A stretch of 63,068 bases of DNA, filler included, from Hyphochytrium catenoides (taxonomy: Eukaryota; Protista; Hyphochytriomycota), in NCBI GenBank assembly GCA_900088475.1. It is 10 parts of 10 records of this genome, joined end to end, with 100 filler letters (N's around TTAATTAATTAA, not from the genome) between each part and the next. Parts side by side here need not be neighbours in the genome. Positions count along the whole stretch, not along the records: positions 10,733 to 12,847 come from FLMG01003657.1; positions 12,948 to 14,819 come from FLMG01002083.1; positions 14,920 to 23,980 come from FLMG01003079.1; positions 24,081 to 27,021 come from FLMG01003427.1; 6 more parts are not named here. One strand, given 5' to 3'. Made by a program: the position numbers and the translations under genes. Below are positions 12,233 to 25,345 of the stretch, in pieces. The notes beneath the pieces were generated by a model. That model made no database searches. It was given only the letters and a program-made list of their open reading frames with translations, and had not been told where the DNA came from. Positions within the stretch are counted from its first letter, which is position 1, and every line of letters starts with the position of its first letter.

Positions 12233-12520
12233 AAAGAGAGACACAGAGAAACAGAGCGACAGGGAGAGAGGAGAGACAGAAGAAGAGAAAGAAAGAGCGA
12301 GAAAGAGACTTAAGATTATAGCCGACACAGAGATAGGCGGTCGGAGCCAATGAGGGCAAGGTGTACACACCTCTCAACCTCTCTCCCTTCCTGTTTACTA
12401 TACCGTGTTCCATCCTCTCTGTCTTGCTTCTCTGTGACACGTTTTCATATCCCTCTCTCTTCTCTCACCTGGCTCTGCCCGGCGTATTTCTCGCTTTTGC
12501 TCTTCTCCCGTTCTCTTCTT

Positions 12521-12551
<31 letters not shown>

Positions 12552-12847
12552 GTCTCTCTCTGTCTCTGTCTCTCTCTGTCTCCGTCTCTCTCTCTCTCTC
12601 TCTCATTCTCTCTCTCTCCTCTAATCTCTCTTTCTCCTTCTCTCTGTTACCTGGTGGTGGCGGGAGACCGTTGACTCTCTCTCTCCTGTGCTTTGTATTG
12701 AAGTCCATAATCTCCTGCTTGATCTCATGCTTTATATGCTGAAAGTTGATAGACGTTTGCTTGATAATGTTGAGAGAGGATCCCTTCGTCATGAGGCTAG
12801 AGGCCGCTTGCTTGTAGAATTTGCTTCTCTTTCTCTCGAGTGAGTGC
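10733..12847 (-). CDS. Internal fragment of a multi-exon gene with an RGS-like segment (partial at both ends)
   Basis: Spliceable exons ..HIKHEIKQEIMDFNTKHRRERVNGLPPPP | DVENKEEVTAYYLKLLKSPLCVQYWTIFVSRESPDLLRLLHFW (RGS-like LLxxPxxxxxF/WxxFxxxE...LxFW) | VDGDVPAEKIDSCFDQ | ALEKLTGSFESFTESREHR. Confidence 0.45.
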
Positions 12848-12954
12848 NNNNNNNNNNNNNNNNNNNNNNNNNNNNNNNNNNNNNNNNNNNNTTAATTAAT
12901 TAANNNNNNNNNNNNNNNNNNNNNNNNNNNNNNNNNNNNNNNNNNNNAAAGGTC

Positions 12955-14331
12955 ATGCAATGGTTAGAGGAGAGGTACAAGCCACTGGCTGGCATCGAGG
13001 ACCGATGGAATCTTGCCCCCGTTATTCAATCTTGTCAGATGGAGACGATTCTCTGGATGCAAAAAACTTACGGGGCCCGCAACCCGATCTGCGACCCAGC
13101 GGAGGTCCACGAAGCCCGCGAAGCTCTTCGTCACCTTGCCGCCAGAGGCCGAGTGGACTTTCTTGATTGGCTTTTTAGACATCCTCTATACTCCCGTCAG
13201 TCTCTCATCCACAAAAGCCCGCGACACATCATCAATGCAGCTGTAAAGTCGGGCCAGTTCGAGGTCATTGAATGGGTAGAAAAGATGTGGGAAAAGCGTC
13301 TCGAGAAGCTGGTTGATGTCAACGGTCTCGCTCTTTGGTACTGCTGGCTACGTGACGGGGTGCCCAGAAAAGCCCGTCTGCGCCTTCTACAATGGCTTCA
13401 TCAGAGATACCCACGCAGGAGAGCTAAGTGGCGAGATAATCTTGTCTCTAGTGCCTTTAAGGAGAGAGCGATAGATGTGCTACAGTGGCTTCATAGCCTC
13501 CAGAGCTTGCCAGACGACAGCTTTTTTTCCCATGTCAAAGTCAAAAGCCTTCTGGAGAAACCGGGCGGAGAGGATGGGGTCAAACTCCTGCATTGGTTGC
13601 ATGAGGTCCGACCGCAGGTCTTCCATTCCATCGCGCTCAGTGAAGTGCCAATTAGCGACATCACTATTTTTAACCCAAGCTTTGAGGTTCTTAGTTGCGT
13701 GACTCAGGTCTTTGGGCCACAGTTGACAAGACAAGTGGAACTGGATAGCGCACTACGGGCCGCAAGTAAGAGAGGCCTGTTGGGTATGATAACGCACCTA
13801 CAGCAGCATCTTGAAACAGGGCAACCGACTCGGATGGGCCACACTAGAGCCCAATTTGATGAAGAGAGCAGTCTCAACACCAACGCGGAGAAGAAGAACT
13901 ACGACTGGCGCGCTAAAGTGGTGGCCGCTGCTGTACCTCGCAAAGATAGCCGCAGCCTTGAACTGCTCTATCAGTTGGGTTACAAAGTTCACGGCCTGGA
14001 GGAGAAGCCTATCCTGCGAGCGGTGAGACGTGGTCGTCTTGACGTTTTGTCTTTCCTCCACTCTAAAGGTGCACTGGAGGTTACAGAGAAAGTCTTGGAT
14101 CTTGCCCTATCCTTAAGGCTCTGGGACGTCCTCCACTGGCTCGCCAGAAGTGCTTCACCAGATATCTATAGCAAATGGCTGGCGACCTCTTCTCTAAAGG
14201 TAGGACCGTTAAAAAAAAGAAGGCCGCCAGGGAGTTTAGCTGTGCTAATTGGTGCGGAAGAGGATGAAGGTTTCGGGTCAGATGATGACCGTCCATGGAT
14301 TCTCTATAGCGACGAAGAAGACGTGATGTGA
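12955..14331 (+). CDS. Intronless divergent ankyrin-repeat protein (458 aa, probably 5'-partial)
   Basis: Long ORF with recurring AARGRVDFLDWL, AVKSGQFEVIEWV, AFKERAIDVLQWL, ASKRGLLGMITHL and AVRRGRLDVLSFL units (AxxxGxxxxLxWL ankyrin-like). Confidence 0.75.
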   Translation: MQWLEERYKPLAGIEDRWNLAPVIQSCQMETILWMQKTYGARNPICDPAEVHEAREALRHLAARGRVDFLDWLFRHPLYSRQSLIHKSPRHIINAAVKSGQFEVIEWVEKMWEKRLEKLVDVNGLALWYCWLRDGVPRKARLRLLQWLHQRYPRRRAKWRDNLVSSAFKERAIDVLQWLHSLQSLPDDSFFSHVKVKSLLEKPGGEDGVKLLHWLHEVRPQVFHSIALSEVPISDITIFNPSFEVLSCVTQVFGPQLTRQVELDSALRAASKRGLLGMITHLQQHLETGQPTRMGHTRAQFDEESSLNTNAEKKNYDWRAKVVAAAVPRKDSRSLELLYQLGYKVHGLEEKPILRAVRRGRLDVLSFLHSKGALEVTEKVLDLALSLRLWDVLHWLARSASPDIYSKWLATSSLKVGPLKKRRPPGSLAVLIGAEEDEGFGSDDDRPWILYSDEEDVM

Positions 14332-14919
14332 GATGATGGAGGTTAAAAGATGGAAGCAGGTACACAGAGAGTAGAGGTAAGAGGGAGAGAGAGTAGGAAA
14401 GAGGGCCAGAAGAGGAGCACCTTTTGGGAACGATGGTCCTTCATGCATCCGTCATCTTCTAAGCTGATAATAACAAGATCTTCTGTCAGTTCCTCGACTT
14501 GACTGTCGACCATATTCCATCCTCGAATTTGGTAAGAGCACAATTGAAGGAGGCAGGCTGCTGAAGGTTGTCCTCGCACCACAAGTAGCTTGATGAGACG
14601 AGCTGACGGATATGTGGCAAGCGGGAATGGAACGTGCTTAGTGAGGGAGACGATAAAGCTTTTCGTGGGGCATTAGTTAGAGTCTCCTGGCGGCGCCAGG
14701 AAGATGATGGGGGCTGATCTCGCTCACTCTTAGAGTTGCTTGGTTAGCCTCAATCCTGTCGTCTTCTAAGAGCCAGGAACCATAATATAAAGGCACAGCT
14801 GACCAGACCTGCGAAGGACNNNNNNNNNNNNNNNNNNNNNNNNNNNNNNNNNNNNNNNNNNNNTTAATTAATTAANNNNNNNNNNNNNNNNNNNNNNNNN
14901 NNNNNNNNNNNNNNNNNNN

Positions 14920-15809
14920 TGGAGTGAAGGACCTGCTTCGGCGGGTTCTGGAGTACAAAGATCCGCTAGTCATGAAGGTAGGAAAGAGAGACAGAAAGAG
15001 AGAGAGAAAGAGAGAGAGAGAAAGCTTACGCGGAAAATGGGACGACGAGCGGGGAAGATGTCTCAAGAATAAAGCAAAAAGAAGGAGTGACCAGTTGTGC
15101 AAAGCATCCACATGCGCTTCCTCGTGTCTATCTCCCTTTCTCTTCGTGTCTCCCTCCCTTTCACTTCGTGTCTCTCTCTCTCTCTCTCCTTTTCCTTCGG
15201 CCTCTCTTTTCCCCTATTTTGAGCAGATCTACAGTCCTCTTTCTCTTCTCTCTCTTTGTGAAGCCCTTTTCAACTGGTCTCTCACTTTTCTCTTCTCAGA
15301 TCCTCAGAAATATCTCTGAGGTTTCCTACGCCCAGCAGCAGCAGCTTGAAGATATCACTGACTATAAAGGTAGCACTGACCATTCTATCTCTCTTTCTTT
15401 CTCTCTTTCTCTCTCTCTCTCTCTCCACTCTCGGGCGGCGCGCTGCCCACACTTCTTGGTCCCCACGCCCCTGGTCCTCTCCTCTTAACCCTTTATTTGA
15501 CTCTTTTTTGATCCGGCACTATACTAATGCACTCTCTCTCCTTTTGTCGTTCTCTCTCTCTCTCTCTCTCTCTCTCCCCTTTTGTCGTTCTCTCTCTCTC
15601 TTACTCTCTCCCCCTCTCTCTCTTTTTGTCTCTCTCTCTCTCTTTCTCTCTCCCCCTCTCTCTCTTTTTGTCTCTCTCTCCTTTTTCTTCTGTCTCCTTT
15701 CTGTCGGCCGTGCTCTGTCTCTTCTCCCTCGCCCATGTATTTCCCTGTTTTCTCGCGGACATTGTCCGGGTCTCCCTCCCTCTATTTATCCCTGGTTCTC
15801 TCTCTCTCT

Positions 15810-15849
<40 letters not shown>

Positions 15850-16480
15850 TCTCCCCTCTCTGGTCCCCATCCAAAGGCTCCTTCTGGAATCCCAAGATGG
15901 TTGTCGCGCTTGTGAAGCTGGCTGGACAATGCAAAGGAGAGAGAGAACACGAGCTTCTCCTGGACGTTCTAGGGACTCTCGCCAACGTAACCCATTATGA
16001 TATGCAGGGGAAGATTACCTGGGGAATGGTCGCAGAAGAGAACTCTCTTCTCTCTTTTCTTCTCTCTCTCCTCGTTCCTGGCTTTGCGGAGAACGACATT
16101 ATCCTCTGCGTCATCTCTTTCCTGTCTGTTCTCTCTCTCGATGAGAGCATCGCGCCTCTTCTCTCCGAGAAGAGACTCCTCCGTTCCCTTGTTAGCATTT
16201 TGAGAGAGAAAGGAGAAGAAGAGGAAGAGTTGGCTCTGCAGCTTCTCTTTCTCTTTCTCCGANNNNNNNNNNNNNNNNNNNNNNNNNNNNNNNNNNNNNN
16301 NNNNNNNNNNNNNNNNNNNNNNNNNAGAGAGAGAGAGAAGAGAGAGAGCATGAAAAAAGAGAGGGGGTGAGAGAGAGAACCACGTATGTATGAATAGAAA
16401 AGCACCTTTTTTTTCAATGTCTTACTCTCAAATGGGCAATTATTATTATTTTCTTGCTCTTCCTCATGTGTGTCTCTCTC

Positions 16481-16519
<39 letters not shown>

Positions 16520-17487
16520 CCCCTCTTCCTCTCTCTCTTCGTATTCTTTTCTCCCTCTTTCAGGTTAGCGCTATGGCTGATCTCGTCTTGGACGCTGTGG
16601 CGGAGAATGACAGGGATGAGAGAGGTCTCTTCGGCGAAGTCGGGAACAAGATCCAGCAGACACGATTTGAGGTGCAAAAAGAGGAGAGAGATAGAAACAA
16701 TTTTAGCGGTTCCTTCTCTTCATTTTCTCTCTCTCTCTCTCTCTCTCCCTCTTTCTCCTTTTCTTCTGCCTTCGTCAGCTCTGCCCCTATCCTTTATCCA
16801 GGTCTCACCTTCTTTTTCCGGTCTCTCTTTCTTTCTCTCTTTCTTTCTCCCTCTGTCGCGTGTACTGTCTCTCTCTCTCTGTGCAGAGCTACAATGTGGA
16901 GTTTATGAAAGCTCTGGCTCTCCTGGAGAGTCAGAAGGGCAAATCGTATGGGGAAGAGGATGAAGAAGGTGAAGGAGACGAAAGAAGAGGAAGAGCAAGG
17001 TACGAGCAGGAGCTATTTATATTCACATTGTGCTCTCTGCCTCTCTCTCTCTCTCACTCTCTCTCTCTCTGTTTCTCTCTATTATCTCTCCACTACTGTT
17101 CCGTTTCTCCCTCTCTCTGTCTCTCTCTTCGATTTCTTTTCTTCCTTCTATCTATTCTTCCTTTTCTACCGCCTTTCCTCTTCCTGTCTTTTCGTTCCTC
17201 GCCTCTCTTTCTTCCTCTCTCTCCCTCTTCCTCTTCTCTTTCTCTCTCTCTCTCCTCTTCTTCTTTCTCTCTCTCTCTCTCTCACTCTCTCTGTATGTGT
17301 CTCTCTCGCTCTCCCTATCTCTCTAACCTTTCTCGTGCTCTTTCTTTCTCGCATCTTCTTCCTGGGTCGTCTATTTCTATGTGGTTCCTTCTATTAACGA
17401 TTTGCCTCTCTTTTCTCTTCTCTCTCTCTGTCTCTCTCATTTTATCTCTCTCAATTTTCTTCACACTCTCTCTACTTCTCTTCCTTT

Positions 17488-17528
<41 letters not shown>

Positions 17529-17720
17529 TCTCTCTTCTGCAGCATGGCCAATGTCCGTATGGACACTGCCCTTCTCTCCTCTCAGCAGCGGGAGCGATCC
17601 TCTGAAGAGAGAAGCGCCGGCGACGAAGTGGCGTCCAAGGGAAGCAGAAGCGTCGCCGTGCCGGAAGATGGAGAGAGCGATAGCTTTTCAGATGGGGGAA
17701 GCAATGAAGAAGAAGAGTAG
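14920..17720 (+). CDS. KAP3: Kinesin-associated protein 3 (non-motor subunit of kinesin-2), 5'-partial, multi-exon
   Basis: Spliced peptides GVKDLLRRVLEYKDPLVMK | ILRNISE.., ELLLDVLGTLANVT, LVPGFAENDIILCVI, SLDESIAPLL, EKGEEEELALQLLFLF, ADLVLDAVAEND and KIQQTRFE | SYN match the KAP3 motifs KDPLLMKMIRNIS, LGTLANLT, PGxAEDD, EDDEFVxQ and KIQxEKF. Confidence 0.9.
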
Positions 17721-17756
17721 CCTAAAGAAGAGAGAGAGAGAGAGAAAGAAAGAGAA

Positions 17757-17801
<45 letters not shown>

Positions 17802-18184
17802 AAGGAAAATGGTCTACTGCTGCTTTCAACAAAAGAAAATAAAAGTATATTATTATAAAAAAATGAAGAGCCTTAGCGATCTTTTCCTCTTTCTCTCTTG
17901 CTCTTGAGCGAAACAAAGCGAAAGAGAGAGAGAAGGCAAGATATACAAAGAGAGAGAGAGAGAGAGACAAAGAAAGAGAGAGGAGGTGTAGCCCCAGGAG
18001 AGACGAAGCAAAGCATATCTATACACAGACAGAGATCTACACATAAAGACAGGGGAGCAGACAAGAGACGACTTGGAAAAAGTCTCCTTTTTCTTTTCTC
18101 TACCGTCTGATCAGTAACAAGGGGAACCAGTACGGAGAGAGAGAGAGAAGAGAGAGAGAAAAGAGAGAGAGAAGAATGGCTTCT

Positions 18185-18563
18185 TCACTCGACATAGAGA
18201 AGAATCCCCTGAGGTTTCTCTGGTGACCTCTCAGGAGAGACTTCTGGCAAGTTGAAGGCGTTCATCGCCTTTAGCCGCTCCGCTTTGGCCCGAAGAAGTC
18301 TCAGCATTTTCTTGCTGCTATCTTCCTCTTCTCTCTCTGTTTCTCTCTCTCTCTCTTTTTCTCTCTCTTCGTCTTGGTTACTTCTTCTGGCACCAGAGCC
18401 GCTGCGTCTTCTTCTCTCCTTCCCATTCTCTGAGCCACTAGAAGGCCTTCTTTCTGCTGGAGAGACAACGGAGGCGACCGATGACTGGGAAGACTCCGAG
18501 CACGTGGAAGAGAAGGATGAAGAATCTGGGAGGAGAGAGAGAGAGAGACAGAGAGAGGGAGAA

Positions 18564-18604
<41 letters not shown>

Positions 18605-19225
18605 GTGTAAGGGCTACATGTTTGAGGTGGAAAGCGAGTGCAAACTTAAGGCGAAGAGGCCGAGCACGGTATAAGCTAATGACCAAGAAGAGAGAGATAT
18701 GAATGAAGAGAGAGAAAAAGAGAGAGAGAGAGAGTCTATATAAATAAGCCACCAGAAGAGACTCCCTCACCTGATCTGGAGGCTCTGACAGCCTTCAGTA
18801 CGGCATTGGACACCTTTTCTTTCTGTTCTTTCTGCCGAAGAGAGGCTGCCAGCACGACGGCCTGGGGGAGAGAGAGACCTCCTGGTGCTTTAGAAGGAAG
18901 AGGGAGAACAGCGGCGGAATGCTCCGTCTCCTCGGAAGATGAAGAGGAAGAGCGACGAGGGACTGGTGGCTTGCTGGGGCTCCGCGATTCCTTGGGAGAG
19001 AGAGAGAGAGAGACCGGACCTTCTTCGTTGTTGTTTCTAAAGAAAGGAGAAAGAGGTTAAGATCGGTCAGAGCAGTGGAGAGAGAGAGACAAAAGAGAGA
19101 GAGAGGAAGAAAGAGAGAAAGAAGAAAAGGGGGAATAAAAAAAGAGCTTGAGGGTAGGAGAAGAGAAAGGAGTGGGAGAATGAGAAGGAAACGAAGAGCG
19201 TTAGGGAGACGAAGAAGAGAAGAGA

Positions 19226-19260
<35 letters not shown>

Positions 19261-20352
19261 GAGAGAGAATGAATGAAGGGAGAGAGAGCACTTTTGAGAG
19301 AGAGGAGAGGCTTACTTGTCTGTCCTCTGTTCCTGCTGCTTCTTCTTTCTTGCTTTCAGGGCCTGGAGCATCTCCACTGCCTTCACATTGGACTCACTTG
19401 CCGCATGATGAAGGACGCGAGGAGAGGAACTTGGTAGCGCGCTGCGCAGGTCAGAGAGAGAGACAGTCTCCGACAGCGTCTTTTTCTGAGAGAGACCTCT
19501 CTCTCTTTCTTGCTCTGCCTTCAACGCAATGCCAGCGCTAGCTTTCTTGGCTATGTCCTGAAGGCGAGTGTCCCAGTCTATCCGCGTGCGTGTGCTAGGG
19601 ATTCTCTTCTCTCCTTTCTCTCTCTCTCTCTTCTCCAGCGTTTGCGCATTTTTCTCTTGGATCTCAGCGATGACGGAGTTTAGCGCTTCCTGAAGCTTTA
19701 ACAGGCTTCGGGCGCAGCCGAGATCCACTGGATAGAAAGCGAAGACGGAAAAGGGAAGAGAAGAAGCGTTAGAAAGCTCTTCTCTCGTGAAGGGCTGAGG
19801 CATGAGGAGAGAAGAGAAGAGGGAGAGAGAATGGTAGGAAATGTTCTTGAAGAGGGGCAACGAGAGTAGACTGGAATGAGACAGGAAAGGAAGGAGAGAG
19901 AGAGAGAGAGAGAGCAGCTGAGTGGGGAATGGAGGACAAAGAGAGAGAGAGAGAGAGAAGGGAGCTGCAGGCGGGAGGGGAGGAGAGAGAGAGCGCGCGA
20001 GAGAGAGAGAGAATGAGAGAATGAGAGAGAAATGAAAACAATAGAGGAAGAGAAACCGCGAAGAACTCACCTTCTCCTCTTCTATGTAGCAACCTGTCAA
20101 TGATCGCAAAGGAAGAGGAAATGGCTTCTAAGACATCGCAGGAGAGAGAGACTTCCATGACTGCTCTCGTGTCTTCTCCGTCCTTGGCCTTGTCTCTCTT
20201 CCCTGCCAAGTTCAGCGCTGCCCGCCGCGCCATCGCATGAAGCGTGACCTTCATCTCCTGCACGCAATCGCTGTACGCGGCAGTCTCCGTAGCACTGAGA
20301 GGGAGTTCCGCAATCTAGAAAGGGTTCATTCAAAGAGAGACACAGAGAGAGA

Positions 20353-20386
<34 letters not shown>

Positions 20387-20466
20387 CAGAGGGATCATTA
20401 GGTGCTGAATGATCAAAGGAACGGTTATTATAAAAAGATGATTTTGCCTATATTCTCGCGAAACAT

Positions 20467-20509
<43 letters not shown>

Positions 20510-21418
20510 AACGGGTCATACTTTTTCTTGAATGTTCTCGCTGGCGCCGTCTTCAGAGAGACAGCTGGACACGAGAAGAGATGCCCAGCGATCTTCGTAG
20601 TCATTAAGGGCATCGAGCGCCATATCCATCTCTTCCATTGCAGCAGCAGCCTGCATAGCGATAGGGGCGGGAGAGAGGGAGAGCAAGAGAGAGAGAGAGA
20701 GACAGAAGAGAAAGAAGAGATAGATATTGCAGGAGGAAAATGGATGAGTAAGGTAGACACTACGAGACAGAGAGATGAGGCAGGGAAATAAGGGGAAAAG
20801 GATATAGAGAGACCTACGAGAGGGAGAAATAGGCTAACATGGAAGCTAGACATAGAAGAGGAGAGAGANNNNNNNNNNNNNNNNNNNNNNNNNNNNNNNN
20901 NNNNNNNNNNNNNNNNNNNNNNNNNNNNNNNNNNNNNNNNNNNNNNNNNNNNNNGGTCCCATAATGCACTTTGAGCGCCGCGGCGCGTTGGTCCGCCACC
21001 ATCGCCCGCGCGTGCGCCTTCGCCTCCGCCAGCGCTTTCTCTCCTGCGCCCTCTGGATCTGCCTTGACCACTTCTTCTCTGTAATATTCTGGGGCGGAAG
21101 AGAAGCCGAGAGAGACTTCATAGAGTTTGTGTCCCTCTCCCTCAGCTTTCACAGGGCACTGACGCCCGATCATCCCGCAACTGTGCTGGGGAGGCTCCCC
21201 GTACCGCGTGATGTGGTGGCGGTAGCTCTCAATACTATAGGGAAGGGGAAGAGAGAGAGGGAGAGAGAGAGAGAGAGATGGGTCAGCCAGAGCGATCGGG
21301 AGGATACGTGGAGAGAGGAATGCCGAGAAGCGGGGTGAGGTATAGAGAAAGAGTGAGAGACAAAGAGATCAGGGTGCAGAGACTTAGCCTTTATTAGTGA
21401 ACAGAGAGACGGGACAGG

Positions 21419-21481
<63 letters not shown>

Positions 21482-21673
21482 GGCCGGCGTTGTTTACCTG
21501 CCCTTGAGAGTGTCTCTCAGCTTCTTGAACCAATTCCATTTCCTCAGGATGAGCTCATCTTTACTGCCCGCAGACTGCTTCCGCCACTCCTCCGCTACCT
21601 CTCTTAGAGCAGCATGAAGAGCTCTGCGCTCAATGAGGGAGAGCCCTGGAAAAAAGGGAGAGCGTGAGAGAGA

Positions 21674-21705
<32 letters not shown>

Positions 21706-22470
21706 TGAGATGGGAGAGGAAGAAGGAGAATATTGAGACTAGAGCTTGGTACGACTCAAACAGCGGAGAAAGGTACAGAGAGAGAGGTCAAAGCGAAGGC
21801 AGCATAAGAAACGATATTAAGAAACTCCAAAGAGAGAGAGACAGAGACAGAGAGAGAGAGAGAGCAGAAGCGAGGGGGATTATGTGATACCAGTGACTCT
21901 GAGCCCTTCAATGACCGAGGGATGCATCTTCCTCAGTGTTTCTGGGTCCGTGCGGATCAGTTGGAGAACGTTGGTCCGCTTGAAGCGCTGCGCCATCGCC
22001 TTAGACATGCGCCGCCCGTCAGGAGTCCTCGTCTGCAGCTCCATAAGTGCCTGCTCGCTCAGCACTCGAACATTGACCGGCATACCTGGTCCAGCGGAGA
22101 GAGACAACGAGAGAGAGAGAGAGAGAGGGAGAAAGAGAGAGAGAAGGGAGAGCCGAGAAGGGGGAGAAAGATAAGAATTAGCGCAGCGAACAGATAAGAG
22201 AGAGAGAAACGCGTCAGCACCGAGCCAAAGAGACAGGCCGCAAGGAAGCAAAGAAGAGAGAGAGAGAGCGAGAGAGAGAGAGAAAGTTTTAAAGCTAACT
22301 CACATGATCGTATCGTCCTAAGCGCTGTCTCGTTTTCATCTTCCTCCTGTCTCTCCCATGCCTCTTCCTGCGCTTTTTGGCTAGCGATGTACTCGTCCGT
22401 CAGCATCATGGCCGTGTGATACTTCTCCATCTCCTGCTCCAAGACAAAATACTCTCGACGAAGACGAGTC

Positions 22471-22503
<33 letters not shown>

Positions 22504-22903
22504 AGAGAGAGTTAGAGAGAGAGACTCACGCGAAGTGAAAGATGTGGGAACAAAGAGAGAGACACGAGAGAGAGATGGTCAACGGGTGAGTACCTGCTCT
22601 TCCTTATCTTCTCTCACAACTTCCGCGCCACCGATCTCTTGCATCCTGCGAGAGATCTCCTCGACCTGACAACACATGAGAACGTTGAGAAGAGAGAGAA
22701 AGCGAGAGAGAGAGACGAGAAAGAGAGAGTTAAGGGCCAGTTCTGTGCTTTCCCCCTCTCTGCCAACCTCTCTTTCTAACCTTCTGTTTGGCCTCTTCAT
22801 AGGGAATGTCTTCCACGACCTTCAGCCCTGCCTGAGCCATCTGCCGCTCCATCTTCTCCAATCTCTTCAACAGGCGGGCAGCCACCTACCACAGAGCCAA
22901 AAC

Positions 22904-22934
<31 letters not shown>

Positions 22935-23779
22935 GTGAGAAACATAACTCTTCCCTCTTCCCAAATCTCTTCTCAAAATTTCTCTCTCTCTCACCTCGTC
23001 CGCGGGGATAACGGAGGTGAATAGCGCTCTGTTTGCGGAAGAAGCCACAGCTTGCTGGTCCCTCAGGCGCCGCTGGAGGTCAGTGATCTTCTGCTTCGCT
23101 TCCTGCAGCTCTCGGGCCCGCGCCTCGCTGATGGGAGAAGAAGAGGACCATCCTCTCTTCCCGTTCTGCTCTCTTTTGCCTTGAAGACTGTTGATCAGGA
23201 CCTCCAACTCTACATGATGACGAGAGAGAGAAAGAGAAAGAGAGAGAGAGAGATGTGAGAGAGAACCCTGTGAGAAACTTACTTTGTAGGCTTGAACTTT
23301 GACAGAGAGAGAGCAAGAATGAAAGGAGAGATGGCGGAAGAGAGAGAGAGGAGGAGAGAGAGAGGCGGAGAGAAAGAGGGCGAGAGAGAGAGAAGGGAGA
23401 GAGAGAGAGTGTTACCGATGACACGCAATTTGGTCCTCTCAACTTCGTTCTCCAGCTCTTGCGCTCTCACTGTCTCCTCTCTTGCCCTGACTGCCGCCTG
23501 AAGACGCGCCTCTTCCTCCAGTCTCGCTTTCTCAGCAGCAGCCACAGCGGCAGCCGTGGCCTCTGCCGCAGCTGAGAGAAGCCGAGCCGCCACGTCTGTC
23601 AAAAAAAAAGGAGAGAAAGAGAGAGAGAGAGGAGAAAAGGAGAGAGAAGGATGAGTTAGGAAGGAGAGACTACAGACATTAGAGGGTGATCAAAGTACCT
23701 GCTGAGAGTTCAGAGTTATCCGTTGAGTGATTTGCTTTGCGGCTGGCAAGAAGGCATCCTGGAAGGCAACAAATGGGAG

Positions 23780-23821
<42 letters not shown>

Positions 23822-23980
23822 AGAATGAGACTTAGTTTGTCCCTTCTTCATTCCTTCGTCGCATCTCTTCCACTCAATTCGTTCTTGGCTCTCATTTCGC
23901 ATGGTCCACCGTGTAACTCTCTGAGGCAAGGTCGATAGGTCTTCATGTCCTTCTCCCTCTCTCTCTCTCCCTCTCTCTCT
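18185..23980 (-). CDS. Large multi-exon coiled-coil protein with an uncharacterised central globular domain (5'-partial)
   Basis: More than 12 phase-consistent exons with no internal stop, e.g. GLKVVEDIPYEEAKQK | VEEISRRMQEIGG | TRLRREYFVLEQEMEKYHTAMMLTDEY..WE..NETALRTIRSC | MPVNVRVLSEQAL..AQRFKRTNVLQLIRTDP..HP | LSLIERRALH..WNWFKKLR; ends ..LLYVE* at 18185. Confidence 0.7.
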
Positions 23981-24080
23981 NNNNNNNNNNNNNNNNNNNN
24001 NNNNNNNNNNNNNNNNNNNNNNNNTTAATTAATTAANNNNNNNNNNNNNNNNNNNNNNNNNNNNNNNNNNNNNNNNNNNN

Positions 24081-25313
24081 CCTACTCCCGCCTGACGAGC
24101 TGCTACCGAACTCTGGGCTCGCCATCGACTGGCCACTAGACGCGGGAGTGAACAAATCCTCCACTGGCGTCTGCAGTGAGATTGAGAAGATACCATTGCC
24201 AGAGCAGACCAGGCGAAAGGAAAGCGCGGGTAGATGATTAATGAGCTGTCTACCGAATGAAGATATGAAGATACACCCAGCTCAGTCAAAGTAGCCAGAG
24301 AAAGAGAGAGATCTATATATATATAGAGAGAGAGTGAAGGAGAGAACAGTCTAAGCAAGATGGAGAAAAAGATGCAGTCATCACTGGAGTTTCAGTATGT
24401 AGGACGAAAGGTAGCTCTGCGGGAGTAGGAATGGCCAAAAAGTAAGAGAGGCAGCGTGAAGAAAGTACCCTTCTCTCCGAGGCTGGCGTAGGCACTTCGT
24501 CCCAGTCTTCTTCCAGCTCAGAGTCAGGATAGTCAGGAGAGAGAGACGCTATCATAGTGCGCATCGCCCGCTAATAGAAGCACAAATAAATAGCAGTGAG
24601 ACACCCATTGCACGGATAGCTCTGCTTCTTTTGAAACCTTTAGACAACAAAGCACTGCATTCCTGCTTAATATAATGATGCCCATGCCCAACCCGCACTC
24701 TCTGTCTCCCTCTCTCTTCCTAGAGATCCATTCGGCATCTTTGCTGCTCTTTGATGCCCTTCTCTCTACAAAAGAAGGAATGACAGTGTTTCCTTCCCCA
24801 GACACGGTCCTTGCTTACCTCCGCGTTTTCTCTGTTTGAACTTTGAGGTGTGAAACGCAGGTAGGATCGGAAGCCAAAGCCCAGTAGCCTCTGGGGAAAC
24901 TCCTCAAGGATGCCTGGTACAACGGGAACAGACTGTCAGCAAATAGTCAAAGAAGAAAAAGGGGAAAGAAAAAGAGAGAGACAGAGAGATTTGAAGAAAT
25001 GCCTGCCTAAAGAGGAACAGAGTATAGCATGATGATCAGGGGCAACAGCGGAGCGCGGCAAGTGTGGAGCGGCAACTACCTCTCTTCAGCATGAGTTGCA
25101 GGTAAAGATGACACTCATCTACGGAAGCGAAGGACACGCCAGGGCAGACAGGCTTCTTCGGTCCGTGCTGCTTCATCCAGTCTAATATTTGTTGGCTGGT
25201 GTAGCCCTTATCAGGCTGTAAGAGCCCGAGACAGCGGGGGTAGGGTCAGGGGCGACGGAGAGAGACGGACAGACAGACAGAGGAGAGAGAGAGAGAAAGA
25301 GAGAGAGCGAGAA

Positions 25314-25345
<32 letters not shown>

